A program made the position numbers and the translations under genes. A stretch of DNA of 64,000 nt from Candidatus Spongiisociaceae bacterium (GTDB lineage Bacteria; Actinomycetota; Acidimicrobiia; Spongiisociales; Spongiisociaceae), in assembly GCA_965219685.1 (NCBI GenBank), contig CBDCOH010000002.1, positions 4,064,001 through 4,128,000 of the forward strand, written 5' to 3'. Under the pieces are notes generated by a model that saw nothing but the letters and a program-made list of their open reading frames with translations, was not told the DNA's origin and made no database searches. Below, in pieces: positions 29,413 to 39,105 of this stretch. How positions within the stretch are numbered: the first letter of the stretch is position 1; each line of letters opens with the position of its first letter.

Positions 29413-29666
29413 GAGTAGTTCGAAGGGATCTGATCATTAGCGACCGTACTCTACGTTCGCTACACAACGCTGTACAACACATCATCACTGGTGTACCGCT
29501 GTTCCTGGACACGGACCACATGCTGCCATCTCGTGAAGAGCCACCCGCGCGCAAACGCGACAACTGAACAGTGCCAGTGAGGATGGTAACTGATGTAATC
29601 CAACGTTAACCATCGGACACCGAACTAAAAACTATAGAATACTGACTAGGAACTAGTCATCTGAGG
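29413..29666. repeat. unannotated ~253-nt dispersed intergenic element, copy 2
   Basis: Diverged copy of 21168..21420 in the same orientation. Its right end overlaps the SDR stop codon. Confidence 0.85.
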
Positions 29667-30377
29667 GTTCATCTGGCCGACCACTATCTGGCTGATGGCA
29701 ACGGTGGGGGCGAAGGACGCCACTGCCAGGACGGTCTCCGCGAAGTCCTCCGGCTCGATCTTCGGGACGTCGCGTCCTGCTGACATGCCGCTGCGCACCG
29801 TCGACGCTATCACCACTTCGGTTACCTTGACACCCCGATCGAGGACCTCGCCGCGCAGGGACTCGGCCAGCCCGATCATTCCCCACTTGGCAGCCGAATA
29901 GGACGCTCCCGTCGGGAAACCACGGATCCCCGCACCCGAGTTCATCCCGATCACGTGCCCGCGGACCCCGTCCACAGGCGTCTGGCCGGTCATCTGCCTG
30001 ACGGCGGCGCGCGCGCAGTAGAACACACCGTTGAGATCGGTCGCGATGACTTTGTCCCAGTCCTCCGGCGCCATCTCCTCCACCCGACCGCGGATGAAGT
30101 TGCCGGCGTTGTTGACGAGGATGTCGAGCCGCCCGAATTCCTCTACCGTGCTGGCGACTGCCGAGGTGGCTGCGGAAGGATCTGTCACGTCGAGGCGACA
30201 GGCCGCCGCGATACCCCCGCGGACCCGGATGGTGGAGGCGACCGACTCTGCTGCGCCCATCGACCTGGCAGTGCACATCACCCGCGAGCCGGCTTGTCCG
30301 AACAACTCGGCGATGGATCTGCCGATGCCGCGACCGGCGCCGGTGATGAGGCTCACCTTGCCGTTGAGGTGGCTCAC
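29646..30377 (-). CDS. short-chain dehydrogenase/reductase
   Basis: TGAGRGIG, NNAG, YSAAK. Confidence 0.93.
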   Translation of the reverse strand: MSHLNGKVSLITGAGRGIGRSIAELFGQAGSRVMCTARSMGAAESVASTIRVRGGIAAACRLDVTDPSAATSAVASTVEEFGRLDILVNNAGNFIRGRVEEMAPEDWDKVIATDLNGVFYCARAAVRQMTGQTPVDGVRGHVIGMNSGAGIRGFPTGASYSAAKWGMIGLAESLRGEVLDRGVKVTEVVIASTVRSGMSAGRDVPKIEPEDFAETVLAVASFAPTVAISQIVVGQMNPQMTSS

Positions 30378-31363
30378 GGCGCCGTTTCGTACAGGTGGTA
30401 CCGGGCGCCGGACCCGGGGGCTCGGACCACCGCGCCACGCAGTACACCGAGATGGGGCAGGTCCAGATCCCGCGGGTCGGCGAGGATTTCCGTTCCGATG
30501 TCGCGGGCCATCGTGACAGCCTTATCGATGTCCGGCACGTCGAATCCCATCGCCAGGTAGCCGATGTTGGGGGCTTCTGCCCGGCCGACCAGGTCTTCGC
30601 ACTCGTAGTTGAGCGGGGAGCACAGTGCCACCTTTCCGAACATGTGCCCACCCTTCACGAACAGCACATGGGTCCGGGCGCCTTCGGGCAGGCTCAGGAA
30701 GTCGTTCTGCTCGGGCCGGTCCAGGATCTCGTCGATCAGGGGTTCCATTCCGAGGACCCGGCGGTGGAAGTCGACCGCTGCGCCCATGTCCCGCACGTAA
30801 TGGGCCGAGGTCACCACCTGCGTGAACCCGGTGGGGGTCATGCCGTGGGAATCCAGGAAGGTCGCCATCTCGCCCGTCTGCGTATGGGTACCCCGGATCA
30901 GTTGCACCAGATTGACCGGAACGGAGTCGGTCGCCTCGAACACGACCTCGGTGGGCGACCCGACCGCCTTGCTCATCTCGTATGTGGTCGGCAGGCTCCA
31001 GAACCGATACCCGGCCTCGCTCAGCCTGCGCGCCGTCTCGTGGATATGGTTGTTGTAGAAGTTGAGGTTCCCGAGACCGATCCACCTCGTCTGGCGCTCC
31101 GCCCTCACTTCCTGGCGGGATTCGGCATGGAACTCGACCAGCATGACCCGGCCCACCCGGCTGCCCGGATAGGTGGCCAGGACTGCTTTCGCCTCCATGC
31201 CCGGCGCCGACTGCCATTGCGCCGCGAGGGATTCCCCTGACCAGGTCTGGGGTTCGGTGACCGTGAGACCGATCACGTCCCGGTAGAACTCCAGCGACCG
31301 TTCCATGTCCGAAACGCCGATGAACGAGATGCCGAGAGCGGATCCGGTCCTCTGCTTCGCCAA
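30374..31363 (-). CDS. two-domain VOC (glyoxalase-like) protein
   Basis: IGVSDMERSLEFYRDVIGL and a second module HYVRDMGAAVDFHRRVLGM. Confidence 0.82.
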   Translation of the reverse strand: MAKQRTGSALGISFIGVSDMERSLEFYRDVIGLTVTEPQTWSGESLAAQWQSAPGMEAKAVLATYPGSRVGRVMLVEFHAESRQEVRAERQTRWIGLGNLNFYNNHIHETARRLSEAGYRFWSLPTTYEMSKAVGSPTEVVFEATDSVPVNLVQLIRGTHTQTGEMATFLDSHGMTPTGFTQVVTSAHYVRDMGAAVDFHRRVLGMEPLIDEILDRPEQNDFLSLPEGARTHVLFVKGGHMFGKVALCSPLNYECEDLVGRAEAPNIGYLAMGFDVPDIDKAVTMARDIGTEILADPRDLDLPHLGVLRGAVVRAPGSGARYHLYETAP

Positions 31364-31386
31364 AGTGATGCTCCTGGTTTTTTTAA

Positions 31387-31448
31387 TGGTGGATGGTGGA
31401 TGGTGGATGGTGGATGGTGGATGGTGGATGGTGGATGGTGGATGGTAA
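31387..31448 (+). repeat. heptamer tandem array (TGGTGGA)x8
   Basis: Perfect tandem array. Confidence 0.97.
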
Positions 31449-31495
31449 CCCTATGGATCTTGACGGGCTTGGCATACCGCTGTGTTCGGTCACCA

Positions 31496-31837
31496 TTACT
31501 GGATGTTGAGGATCAGCCCCAGTCTGTCCCGTATCAGGGCCAGAGTGACTGACCCTACGTTGCCTCGTACCCTGCTGATGCGCGCGATCGATATCGCTCG
31601 TATGTGTTGGGCTTGGGCGACACAGGGCCTCTCCACTCCGTTGTGACGATCCGGTTCGACTTCGATCTCGGACTTGAACCCTCGGTTGGTACTGGTCAAT
31701 GGCACGATGTGGACGATCGTGGGTCCTCGCTTGAGTATGTCCTGAGCCGTTACGACAACCGCTGGATGGCGGAAGCCGGCCTCTCTCGCGACAGGTATGC
31801 CCAAGTCGAGATCAACCACGTCACCGGAAGTCAGCAT
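31496..31837 (-). CDS. mazF: type II toxin, PemK/MazF family
   Basis: GDVV..DLG.P..REAG..HPAVVV, VPLTS, IRAIS..R. Confidence 0.85.
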   Translation of the reverse strand: MLTSGDVVDLDLGIPVAREAGFRHPAVVVTAQDILKRGPTIVHIVPLTSTNRGFKSEIEVEPDRHNGVERPCVAQAQHIRAISIARISRVRGNVGSVTLALIRDRLGLILNIQ

Positions 31838-32015
31838 CGAGCCAAGCTTGCTCGTCAGACGTGAGGGGCGCCCTGAGTTCCTCCCCTATCTGTTCCTGCC
31901 GGAGTTTCCGGATAGCCAGGGCAATGGTCTCTCCGAGGGTGGCATCCAGTTCAGCCGCGAGGCGGCTGAGTTCTCGGTGTGTTGCCTTGTCAATGCGAAC
32001 GCTTGTGCTCTGCAT
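31821..32015 (-). CDS. cognate RHH-type antitoxin
   Basis: MQSTSVRIDKATHRELSRLA, overlapping the toxin start. TATACT lies 7 nt before the ATG (leaderless). Confidence 0.75.
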   Translation of the reverse strand: MQSTSVRIDKATHRELSRLAAELDATLGETIALAIRKLRQEQIGEELRAPLTSDEQAWLDADFR

Positions 32016-32080
32016 AACAGAGAGTATACAGGAAAGTATGCACCCGAACTCCACTAAGTGGCCGGATGATGACGGCCGGA

Positions 32081-32127
32081 CACCATTCACCATTCACCAT
32101 TCACCACTCACCACTCACCACTCACCA
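32081..32127 (+). repeat. heptamer tandem array (CACCATT/CACCACT)
   Basis: Three plus three copies. Approximate reverse complement of the 31387 array. Confidence 0.95.
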
Positions 32128-32143
32128 ACTACCCTGCCCGCTC

Positions 32144-33157
32144 ATGGCCTCCCGGTCCCATATCGGCTTGTCGCGAGCGCTGGCTCCTTCCACCGGATCC
32201 TGGGCGCGGTTGGTCAGGAGGGCTGAGGCTGCCGGCCTGGGTCAGGTGAACAGCGCCGATACGGCGGGCGCCGACTGCTTCGTGGACGGTGGCGTCGCGT
32301 TGGCCGTTACGTCGTCGATCAGCCTTGCCGTGTCGGTGGCTTTACCCACGCGTTCGCCGTTGCAGACGGCCATCGCTGCGGGATCGTTGGCGGATCTGGC
32401 GCCCGGTCGGGTGACTCTCGGGTTGGGTATCGGCAGCCTGGACACCAACGAGGTCCGGCATGGCGCGGGATACGCCCCTCCGATGCCGAGGATGAAGGAC
32501 TTCCTGCGCGCGGTCAGCGCCCTGCTCCGGCATCCGACCGGCGAACCGGTGACGCACGAAGGGCCCTATTACCGGGCGGTCGGGACGGGAATGGGTTTCG
32601 AGCCGGACGCGCTTCCCATTGTCTTGGGTGCCCACGGGCCTCGGATGACCGAGTTGGCAGCCGAGGAGACAGACGGGGTGATCGTTCACATCTTCACTCC
32701 CCTGCAGACTCTCGCGGAGCGGTTAGCGCTAGCGGCGCGCATTCGCCCGGATCCCTTCCGGGTCGGAGTCGGGCGCCCGGTCGCCGTTCACGAAGACCTC
32801 GACCGAGCCATGGAACTGGCCCGCCTGGAGTTGGCCGGTGTGCTTTCGATTCCAAGATTCCAGCCGCGGCTTGTCGAACTGCGAGGGGAGGAGGGGGCCG
32901 CCGAACCGCTCAGCCTCCTGCGCGAGGGCAGGGCGGCTGCTGCGGTCGGCGCCATCGACGACGACCTGGTCCACGAGTTCGTCACCGTGGCCGAGCCAGG
33001 CCGCATCGTTGGCGAACTCGCCGAGATCGCCAGTGTGGACACCGTGGTACCGGTTCCTGCCGGTATCTTTGCTCCTATCGTGGCGGCGGGGCTGGGATTC
33101 GACATGGGTGGCTTCGAGGAGTCGCGGGCGGCCCTGGTGGAGGCTCTCCTCGGGTGA
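32144..33157 (+). CDS. LLM-class oxidoreductase
   Basis: AEAAG, TRSP, PGRVTLGLGIG, HEGPYY, GAHGPRM, DG. Confidence 0.85.
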   Translation: MASRSHIGLSRALAPSTGSWARLVRRAEAAGLGQVNSADTAGADCFVDGGVALAVTSSISLAVSVALPTRSPLQTAIAAGSLADLAPGRVTLGLGIGSLDTNEVRHGAGYAPPMPRMKDFLRAVSALLRHPTGEPVTHEGPYYRAVGTGMGFEPDALPIVLGAHGPRMTELAAEETDGVIVHIFTPLQTLAERLALAARIRPDPFRVGVGRPVAVHEDLDRAMELARLELAGVLSIPRFQPRLVELRGEEGAAEPLSLLREGRAAAAVGAIDDDLVHEFVTVAEPGRIVGELAEIASVDTVVPVPAGIFAPIVAAGLGFDMGGFEESRAALVEALLG

Positions 33158-33167
33158 AGGAGGAAAC

Positions 33168-34124
33168 GTGGTAGGAGCCATGGAATACGTCACCGTCGGC
33201 GTTTCCGACCTGGACGAGTCGGTCCGGCTCTTCCGAGATGTGATGGAACTCGACGTGGAATCGGAGTACGTTCCGTCTGTACAGCTGCTGTCCCTGTGGG
33301 GGGTGGAGGGCATCGAGGGGGCACGGGTAGTGGAGTTGTCGTGTTCCGGCTATCCGGTGGGACGGCTTCGCCTGCTTGCCACAACCCCGCCCCGCACCGT
33401 CCGCGTACGCGACGATCACGGCGGCCCCGACACAGCCACCGATGTGGGGGTCAAGGCGATCGACTTCTACGTGCGGCCACCGATCAGGCACTGGATCGAC
33501 ACGCTTGAGAACGCCGGCTGCCGGGCGCGTTCGGAGCCCATACGCTGGGAGATCGGGACGGTGGAGAGCGAGGAGATCAACATCTCCGGTCCGGACGGTT
33601 ACCCGATGCTGCTGATGGTGGCCTGGCGCCATCCGGAGGCCTTCCGTCGCAGGTTCGACGCGGCAAAGCCGTTCAGCGAGGTAGCCACCACCTCGGTGGT
33701 GTGCGGAGACCTGGACGCCAGCCGGCACTTCTACGGCGAGGTGCTCGGACTCACCAAGTTCACCGACGACGAGGTCGAGGACGAGTACCGGGAACTGGCC
33801 GACACGCTGACCGGCGTGCCTTCCGGGACCCGCGTCCGTTTGATCCTCTACGGGGCCGAAGGCGAACCGAGCGGGAAACTTCTCCTCGTCCACTTCTACG
33901 AGGCGTCGGTGCGGAGGCTGGAAGGCCGGATGCGTCCCTATCATCTGGGGGTGGCGATGTTCACCCATACGACGGGCGATCTCGAGGCTCTGCATCGTCG
34001 GGTTCTCGCTTCGGGGTACCCGGTACTCGCGGGTCCTGCCGAGGTTCCTGAGTACCGGGGTCGGGTGATGGTCATGGCCGGACCCAACGACGAGTTGTTC
34101 GAGATCATCGAAGCGGCCGGTTGA
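33168..34124 (+). CDS. two-domain VOC protein
   Basis: VTVGVSDLDESVRLFRDVM, LWG, DLDASRHFYGEVLGL. AGGAGG RBS. Confidence 0.82.
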   Translation: MVGAMEYVTVGVSDLDESVRLFRDVMELDVESEYVPSVQLLSLWGVEGIEGARVVELSCSGYPVGRLRLLATTPPRTVRVRDDHGGPDTATDVGVKAIDFYVRPPIRHWIDTLENAGCRARSEPIRWEIGTVESEEINISGPDGYPMLLMVAWRHPEAFRRRFDAAKPFSEVATTSVVCGDLDASRHFYGEVLGLTKFTDDEVEDEYRELADTLTGVPSGTRVRLILYGAEGEPSGKLLLVHFYEASVRRLEGRMRPYHLGVAMFTHTTGDLEALHRRVLASGYPVLAGPAEVPEYRGRVMVMAGPNDELFEIIEAAG

Positions 34125-35872
34125 CAGCCATTTCGCAGCCGGGAAGGAGCCTCCGACAGATGGAAATCAAACGCCGTTACGTCTACGCAGGAGACCGCAG
34201 GGTGCACTACCGCCGGGCCGGCTCCGGACCGCCGCTCGTGATGCTGCATGCCTCGCCGGGCAGTTCCTACGTGCTCGAACCGTTGATCGCTCTGCTGGCC
34301 GGTTCGAGGACCGTCATCGCCATAGACACGCCCGGATACGGGGAGTCGGAGGGCCTGGGGATCGACGAACCCGAGATCGACGCCTTTGCAGTTGCTCTGG
34401 TCGACACCCTGGACGCCCTTGGGCTTGGAAGGTTCGACCTCTACGGAACGCATACCGGCTCGAAGATCGCGGTCGAGTTCGCGGGCAACAACCCCGGACG
34501 GGTGCGGCGCCTGGTGCTGGACGGGATCGGCGCCTACACGCCCGAGGAGAGAGCCGACCTGCTCGCCAACTACACCATCGACCTCTCGCCCGAATGGGAC
34601 GGCACGCACCTGATCCGGGCCTGGGCGATGCGGCGCGACATGCACATGTTCTGGCCCTGGTTCAGCAGGGACGGTGACCACCGCATGCCGATGGACATCC
34701 CGTCCGCCGACGAGATGCACGACCACTTCGTCGACTTCCTGAGGGCCATCCCCGACTACGGGAAGGCCTATCGAGCCTCGTTCCGCTACAACGTCCCGCA
34801 AGGAATGGGCCGCCTCACCATGCCTACGCTCATGATCGCCCTCCCCGCCGATCCCCTTTACCAGTACCTGGCGGGCGGCGCCGATCTCGGGGACCACGTG
34901 ACCGTGGAGACAAGCGCAACCGACGTGGGGAGGCTTGCCGAACTCACCGCCCACTTCCTGGGCGAGGGTGGCCAACTCCCGGACGCGTCCCCGGAGACCG
35001 AGCCCGAGGCGGTGCCGGGCTCCCTGCGGCGGCGCTTCGTCGAGGTATCGATAGGGGCTCTCCACGTCCACTGGAGCAGTGGGGAAGGCCGACCCCTCGT
35101 GATGCTTCATGCCTCCCCGACTTCGGCGCGGAATCTGGATCCGCTGACCGCGCGCTTTGCCGCCATGCGACCGGTGATTGCATTCGACAATCCCGGCAAC
35201 GGGGACTCGTCGGCGGTACCGGGCGAGCCGGAGATCGCCGATCTCGCCGAGGTGCTCGTGGAAGGGCTCGACGCGCTGGGAGTGGGAGACTTCGACCTGT
35301 ACGGTTCGCACACCGGGGCGCACATCGCCATCGAGATGGCGATCAGCCAGGGTTCCCGCGTCTCAGGCCTGATCCTCGACGGGATCATCCCCTACGAGGA
35401 GTCCCAGGCCCGGGAGTGGCTTGACCGGTACCCGCCGCCCATGGTTCCGGACCGCCACGGGAGCCACCTGGTTTGGGCGTGGAACTTCATGCGGGACCAG
35501 GTGGTCTTCTGGCCGTGGTTCTCCCAGAAGGCTGAGAATGTCCGCCACGGTGCCTCCATGCCCGACCCGGAAGTGCTCCACGACCGGGTTCTCGAGATGC
35601 TGAAGGGGGGCCGCACCTATCACCATCAGTACGCGGCCGCCTTCCGCTACCGAACCCAGGAGAGACTCCCGCTGGTCGGCGTTCCGACGCTGGTTTGCGC
35701 CGGCCCCACCGACCCGCTGCTGGAGCACCTCGCGGCGGTTCCCGACATCCTGCCCGAGGCCGAGGTGCTGGCCCACCCGGGGCTGGCGACCGCGACCGAT
35801 GCGGACGACACCGTTTTCGAGTTCGTCCGGTTCCTCTCTCCGGAGCGGCTGGTCGTTGACCATGTCGGATAG
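34121..35872 (+). CDS. tandem double alpha/beta-hydrolase-domain protein
   Basis: Two repeats of PLVMLHASP...D(T/N)PG.G.S...FDLYG(T/S)HTG...DG.HL..AW..RD...FWPWF. Confidence 0.88.
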   Translation: MTAISQPGRSLRQMEIKRRYVYAGDRRVHYRRAGSGPPLVMLHASPGSSYVLEPLIALLAGSRTVIAIDTPGYGESEGLGIDEPEIDAFAVALVDTLDALGLGRFDLYGTHTGSKIAVEFAGNNPGRVRRLVLDGIGAYTPEERADLLANYTIDLSPEWDGTHLIRAWAMRRDMHMFWPWFSRDGDHRMPMDIPSADEMHDHFVDFLRAIPDYGKAYRASFRYNVPQGMGRLTMPTLMIALPADPLYQYLAGGADLGDHVTVETSATDVGRLAELTAHFLGEGGQLPDASPETEPEAVPGSLRRRFVEVSIGALHVHWSSGEGRPLVMLHASPTSARNLDPLTARFAAMRPVIAFDNPGNGDSSAVPGEPEIADLAEVLVEGLDALGVGDFDLYGSHTGAHIAIEMAISQGSRVSGLILDGIIPYEESQAREWLDRYPPPMVPDRHGSHLVWAWNFMRDQVVFWPWFSQKAENVRHGASMPDPEVLHDRVLEMLKGGRTYHHQYAAAFRYRTQERLPLVGVPTLVCAGPTDPLLEHLAAVPDILPEAEVLAHPGLATATDADDTVFEFVRFLSPERLVVDHVG

Positions 35873-36806
35873 GGGCACCCGACTGGTCGCGGCGATGATC
35901 AGCACATCGGAGGCGGATCGCCACGTCGAACTGTTTCGTGATGTGCTCGGCATGGACGTGGTGTCAGAACAGGTCCTGTCGGGTAGCGAGGCGAGATCGC
36001 TCTGGGCGGTGGATGTGCGCTCGGCCCGGGTCACGATGCTCACCACCCCGCCAAGCTACGCGGGCGTGGCCCTCGTGGAGTTCGATCCGGCCTCCGAGGT
36101 CGTGATCCGCGAAGGCATGCAGGGGATCGACATTGAGGCCTTGAAGGTCATCGATGTCGTGACCTCCGATGCGGGGGCCGGCTTCGCCCGGTTCGAGGAA
36201 GCCGGCTTCGTGGTGTCGGATGTGAGGTCCAGTTACGAGATCGAGGATGGGGCGGTTACCGAGACCCACGCGTACGGTCCCGAGGGGGTCGTGATCGGCA
36301 TCCTCGACTTCCACACCATCGACGCGTCCAGGTTCGTGGAGTTGACCGATCGCCTGTTCTCGGAGGCGATGAGCATCTCGGTGCCGGTCGACGACCTGGA
36401 TCCCGTTGTCGAGTGGTACGACCGGGTTCTGGACCTCGAAGTGGTGCACCGCTACGGCTTTGACGCCGAGAGCTTCAAGGACCTGGTCGGAACCGATTCT
36501 GCCGCCTGGAACGTCAGGGGCACCAACATCGGCCGTACGACCCAGGAGTTCTACTTCGGGGTCATCGACTACGGAACCGGGGACACGACTCGGCGGTCGC
36601 TGCGGGACAGGGCCCGGCCTCCCAACCGGGGGATCGCCGGCGCGGTGTGCACGGTCGCCGATCTCGGCAGGGTCGTGTCGGCGGCCAAACCGGACGAGAT
36701 GATCGCGGGGCCGGTTGAACTCGCGCTCGGGCCTTGGGGCCGTGCCCCGGCGACAACCCTTGTGGCCCCACACGGCATCGTCCACACGGTCGTGGAGGCC
36801 CCTTGA
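35862..36806 (+). CDS. two-domain VOC protein
   Basis: LFRDVLGM, LW, VDDLD....WYDRVLDL. Confidence 0.78.
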   Translation: MSDRGTRLVAAMISTSEADRHVELFRDVLGMDVVSEQVLSGSEARSLWAVDVRSARVTMLTTPPSYAGVALVEFDPASEVVIREGMQGIDIEALKVIDVVTSDAGAGFARFEEAGFVVSDVRSSYEIEDGAVTETHAYGPEGVVIGILDFHTIDASRFVELTDRLFSEAMSISVPVDDLDPVVEWYDRVLDLEVVHRYGFDAESFKDLVGTDSAAWNVRGTNIGRTTQEFYFGVIDYGTGDTTRRSLRDRARPPNRGIAGAVCTVADLGRVVSAAKPDEMIAGPVELALGPWGRAPATTLVAPHGIVHTVVEAP

Positions 36807-37720
36807 GCCGGGGCTTCTCTCATGCGATCGTCGGCGTCGCCGGTATGGGCGATGCACTGGACCTGTGGGTGACCACGTTCGGTCTGTCGGTGATTCGCCA
36901 GGTCGAGGGTGCAGATCCCGGCTTGGAGACCCTGTGGGAGTTGCCTAACGGCAGCATCCGGCGTCAAGCGCTGGTGGGGATGCCCGGAGCGGAGACCGGC
37001 CGGCTGCACCTCGTCGAGTTCACGGACCCGAAAGCGGCGGTGCGTGAAGGGGCCCGTCCCTTCGACCTCTGCCCGAAGAACCTGGATGTCAGGCTCACCG
37101 GCATGCGGGACCGCTACGAAGAACTGGTGAGGGCCGGCTGGGCGATGGGCTCGGCTCCCGTCCGGATGCCGGTCGACACGATGCAGATATACGAGGTTCA
37201 GCTCAAGGGACCGGACGTGACCAACCTGTCGCTCGTGGAGGTGGTCGGGGATGGTCTCCCGTACACGCCTCAGGGATACGTGGCGGTCACCCAGGTGGTC
37301 GGCACCAACTCGGACAACCCCGCCGAGAGAGCGTTCTTTGAGGACGTGTTCGAACTGGAGCACCTCGACTACCACCTGTTCGAGGGCCCGGAGGTGGAAC
37401 GCATGGTCGGTCTCCCGGCCGGGGCCAAACTCGACATGCACATTCTCGGTGACCCGCGTGACGAGTTGGGCAAGATCGAAATCGTGCAGTACGTGGGTGT
37501 CCGCGGGACCGACCTCTATCCGGTTGCCCGCCCACCCGCGTGCGGGTTCCTCGGAGTCGCTTTCGACACCGCCGACATCGACGCGCTGGCGGCCCGGGCC
37601 GAAGCCGGGGGTCACCCGATCGAGTCGCTGCCGACGGTGGAGACCGTGATCGGTGGAGGCCGCCGCCTTGCGGTCACCAGCCCCGCCGGGTGGCGGGTCG
37701 AAGTGAGTGGTGAGTGGTGA
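36803..37720 (+). CDS. two-domain VOC protein
   Basis: HAIVGVAGM..AL.LW...FGL, LW, FFEDVF, SPAG..VE. Confidence 0.78.
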   Translation: MSRGFSHAIVGVAGMGDALDLWVTTFGLSVIRQVEGADPGLETLWELPNGSIRRQALVGMPGAETGRLHLVEFTDPKAAVREGARPFDLCPKNLDVRLTGMRDRYEELVRAGWAMGSAPVRMPVDTMQIYEVQLKGPDVTNLSLVEVVGDGLPYTPQGYVAVTQVVGTNSDNPAERAFFEDVFELEHLDYHLFEGPEVERMVGLPAGAKLDMHILGDPRDELGKIEIVQYVGVRGTDLYPVARPPACGFLGVAFDTADIDALAARAEAGGHPIESLPTVETVIGGGRRLAVTSPAGWRVEVSGEW

Positions 37721-37733
37721 GTGGTGAGTGGTG
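37703..37733 (+). repeat. heptamer tandem array (GTGAGTG)x4 spanning the VOC stop codon
   Basis: Directly visible. Confidence 0.9.
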
Positions 37734-37805
37734 CCATTGAGAGGTGGTGTGCCTCCGGCATCCAACGTGATAGCGTGATCGAGACTTCCGGCTAGGTGGT
37801 GCGAA

Positions 37806-38213
37806 GTGGATCCTGAACTGAGAGAAGCGATCGAGAAGATCCATACTCCGGCCGGGTGGGTCCATCTGGCCACGATCGGTCCCGACGGCAGTCCACATGT
37901 TGCGCCGATGATGATGGGACTGGGCGACGGGTGCCTCCTGTTCAGCCTCACGGGCAAGCAGAAGAAGCGCAATCTCGAGCGCGACCCGCGGGCCACGGTG
38001 TCGCTGGCTCAGACCGGCACGCTGGCGCATGTGATCGCCTGGGGTTCTGTCGAGATGCGCCACGATGACGAGGCCCACGGTCTCTGGGCGGACATGATCA
38101 AGGACGCCTTCGGTGACTCCGGCTACGTCGACCGGAAGCGTCCGTTGAGCCTGGAGGGAACCAGTCTGGGCGTCATGACGGTGGCCCGTCACCGGGTGTA
38201 CGGCATCGAGTGA
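37806..38213 (+). CDS. pyridoxamine 5'-phosphate oxidase-like (PPOX/FDOR, possibly F420-dependent) protein
   Basis: LATIGPDGSPH..P, K.RNLERDPRA. Confidence 0.85.
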   Translation: MDPELREAIEKIHTPAGWVHLATIGPDGSPHVAPMMMGLGDGCLLFSLTGKQKKRNLERDPRATVSLAQTGTLAHVIAWGSVEMRHDDEAHGLWADMIKDAFGDSGYVDRKRPLSLEGTSLGVMTVARHRVYGIE

Positions 38214-39013
38214 CCGTCGCGGTTCGCAGGGCATACGCGGACTCCCGCCACGGGCAACTGCACTATCGAGTCGCCGGAGCGAAAGGCACCGACGGTACTC
38301 CCCTGATGTGTTTCCACCTGAGTCCCGTGTCCGGCATCATCTACGAGAGGCTGCTGTCCGAGATCGGGAAGGACCGGCTGGCGGTGGCGCCCGACAATCC
38401 CGGCTTCGGAGGCTCCGATCCACCCTGCTCGCCTCCCACGATCGGTGACTATGCCGCGGTGATGGGGGAGTTCGCCGACTCGTTGGGGCTGGGATCGGTG
38501 GACGTGATCGGCTACCACACGGGTGCCAAGATCGGCATCGAACTCTCGCTGCAGCGGCCCGAGTTGGTGCGCAAGCTGGTCCTGGTCTCGACTCCCGTCT
38601 ACACCGAGGAGGAACTGGCCCGCCAGCACGCGACGCTCGGCAAGCCGAGTTGGTTCGACGAGGGAGGCGCCCACCTTCTGGAGGTGTGGGACGGTCACTG
38701 GGAGTGGCGCGGACCCGGCCAGACCATCGAGATGGTCCACCAGACGGTGGCCGAGGTCTTCCGGGCCGGTAGCAGGACCTGGTGGGGCCATCGGGCGGCC
38801 TTCGAGTACCGGATGGGCGACCGGCTCCCGCTGGTCACCCACCCGACCTTGGTCCTGTGCCCGCACGACGACCTTCTCGAGCCCACGAGACGTTCCGAGC
38901 CGCTCATCCGCAACGGACGCCTCCTCGAACTGCCAGGTTGGGGTCACGGCATGATGGACGTCCACACCGAGGACTTCGCCTCCATTGTCAGGGGGTTTTT
39001 GGACAACGGCTAA
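38210..39013 (+). CDS. alpha/beta-fold hydrolase
   Basis: GQLHYR, FHLSP.SG, PDNPGFGGSD, IGYHTGA, GHG. Confidence 0.9.
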   Translation: MTVAVRRAYADSRHGQLHYRVAGAKGTDGTPLMCFHLSPVSGIIYERLLSEIGKDRLAVAPDNPGFGGSDPPCSPPTIGDYAAVMGEFADSLGLGSVDVIGYHTGAKIGIELSLQRPELVRKLVLVSTPVYTEEELARQHATLGKPSWFDEGGAHLLEVWDGHWEWRGPGQTIEMVHQTVAEVFRAGSRTWWGHRAAFEYRMGDRLPLVTHPTLVLCPHDDLLEPTRRSEPLIRNGRLLELPGWGHGMMDVHTEDFASIVRGFLDNG

Positions 39014-39105
39014 TGATCTGAGGAGGCTCGGTTCTGCACGTCGTGTCGAGGCTCGTACTCCCCTGTCTGGATATACTGCGCGCTTTTCGTATATATACTC
39101 GCCGT

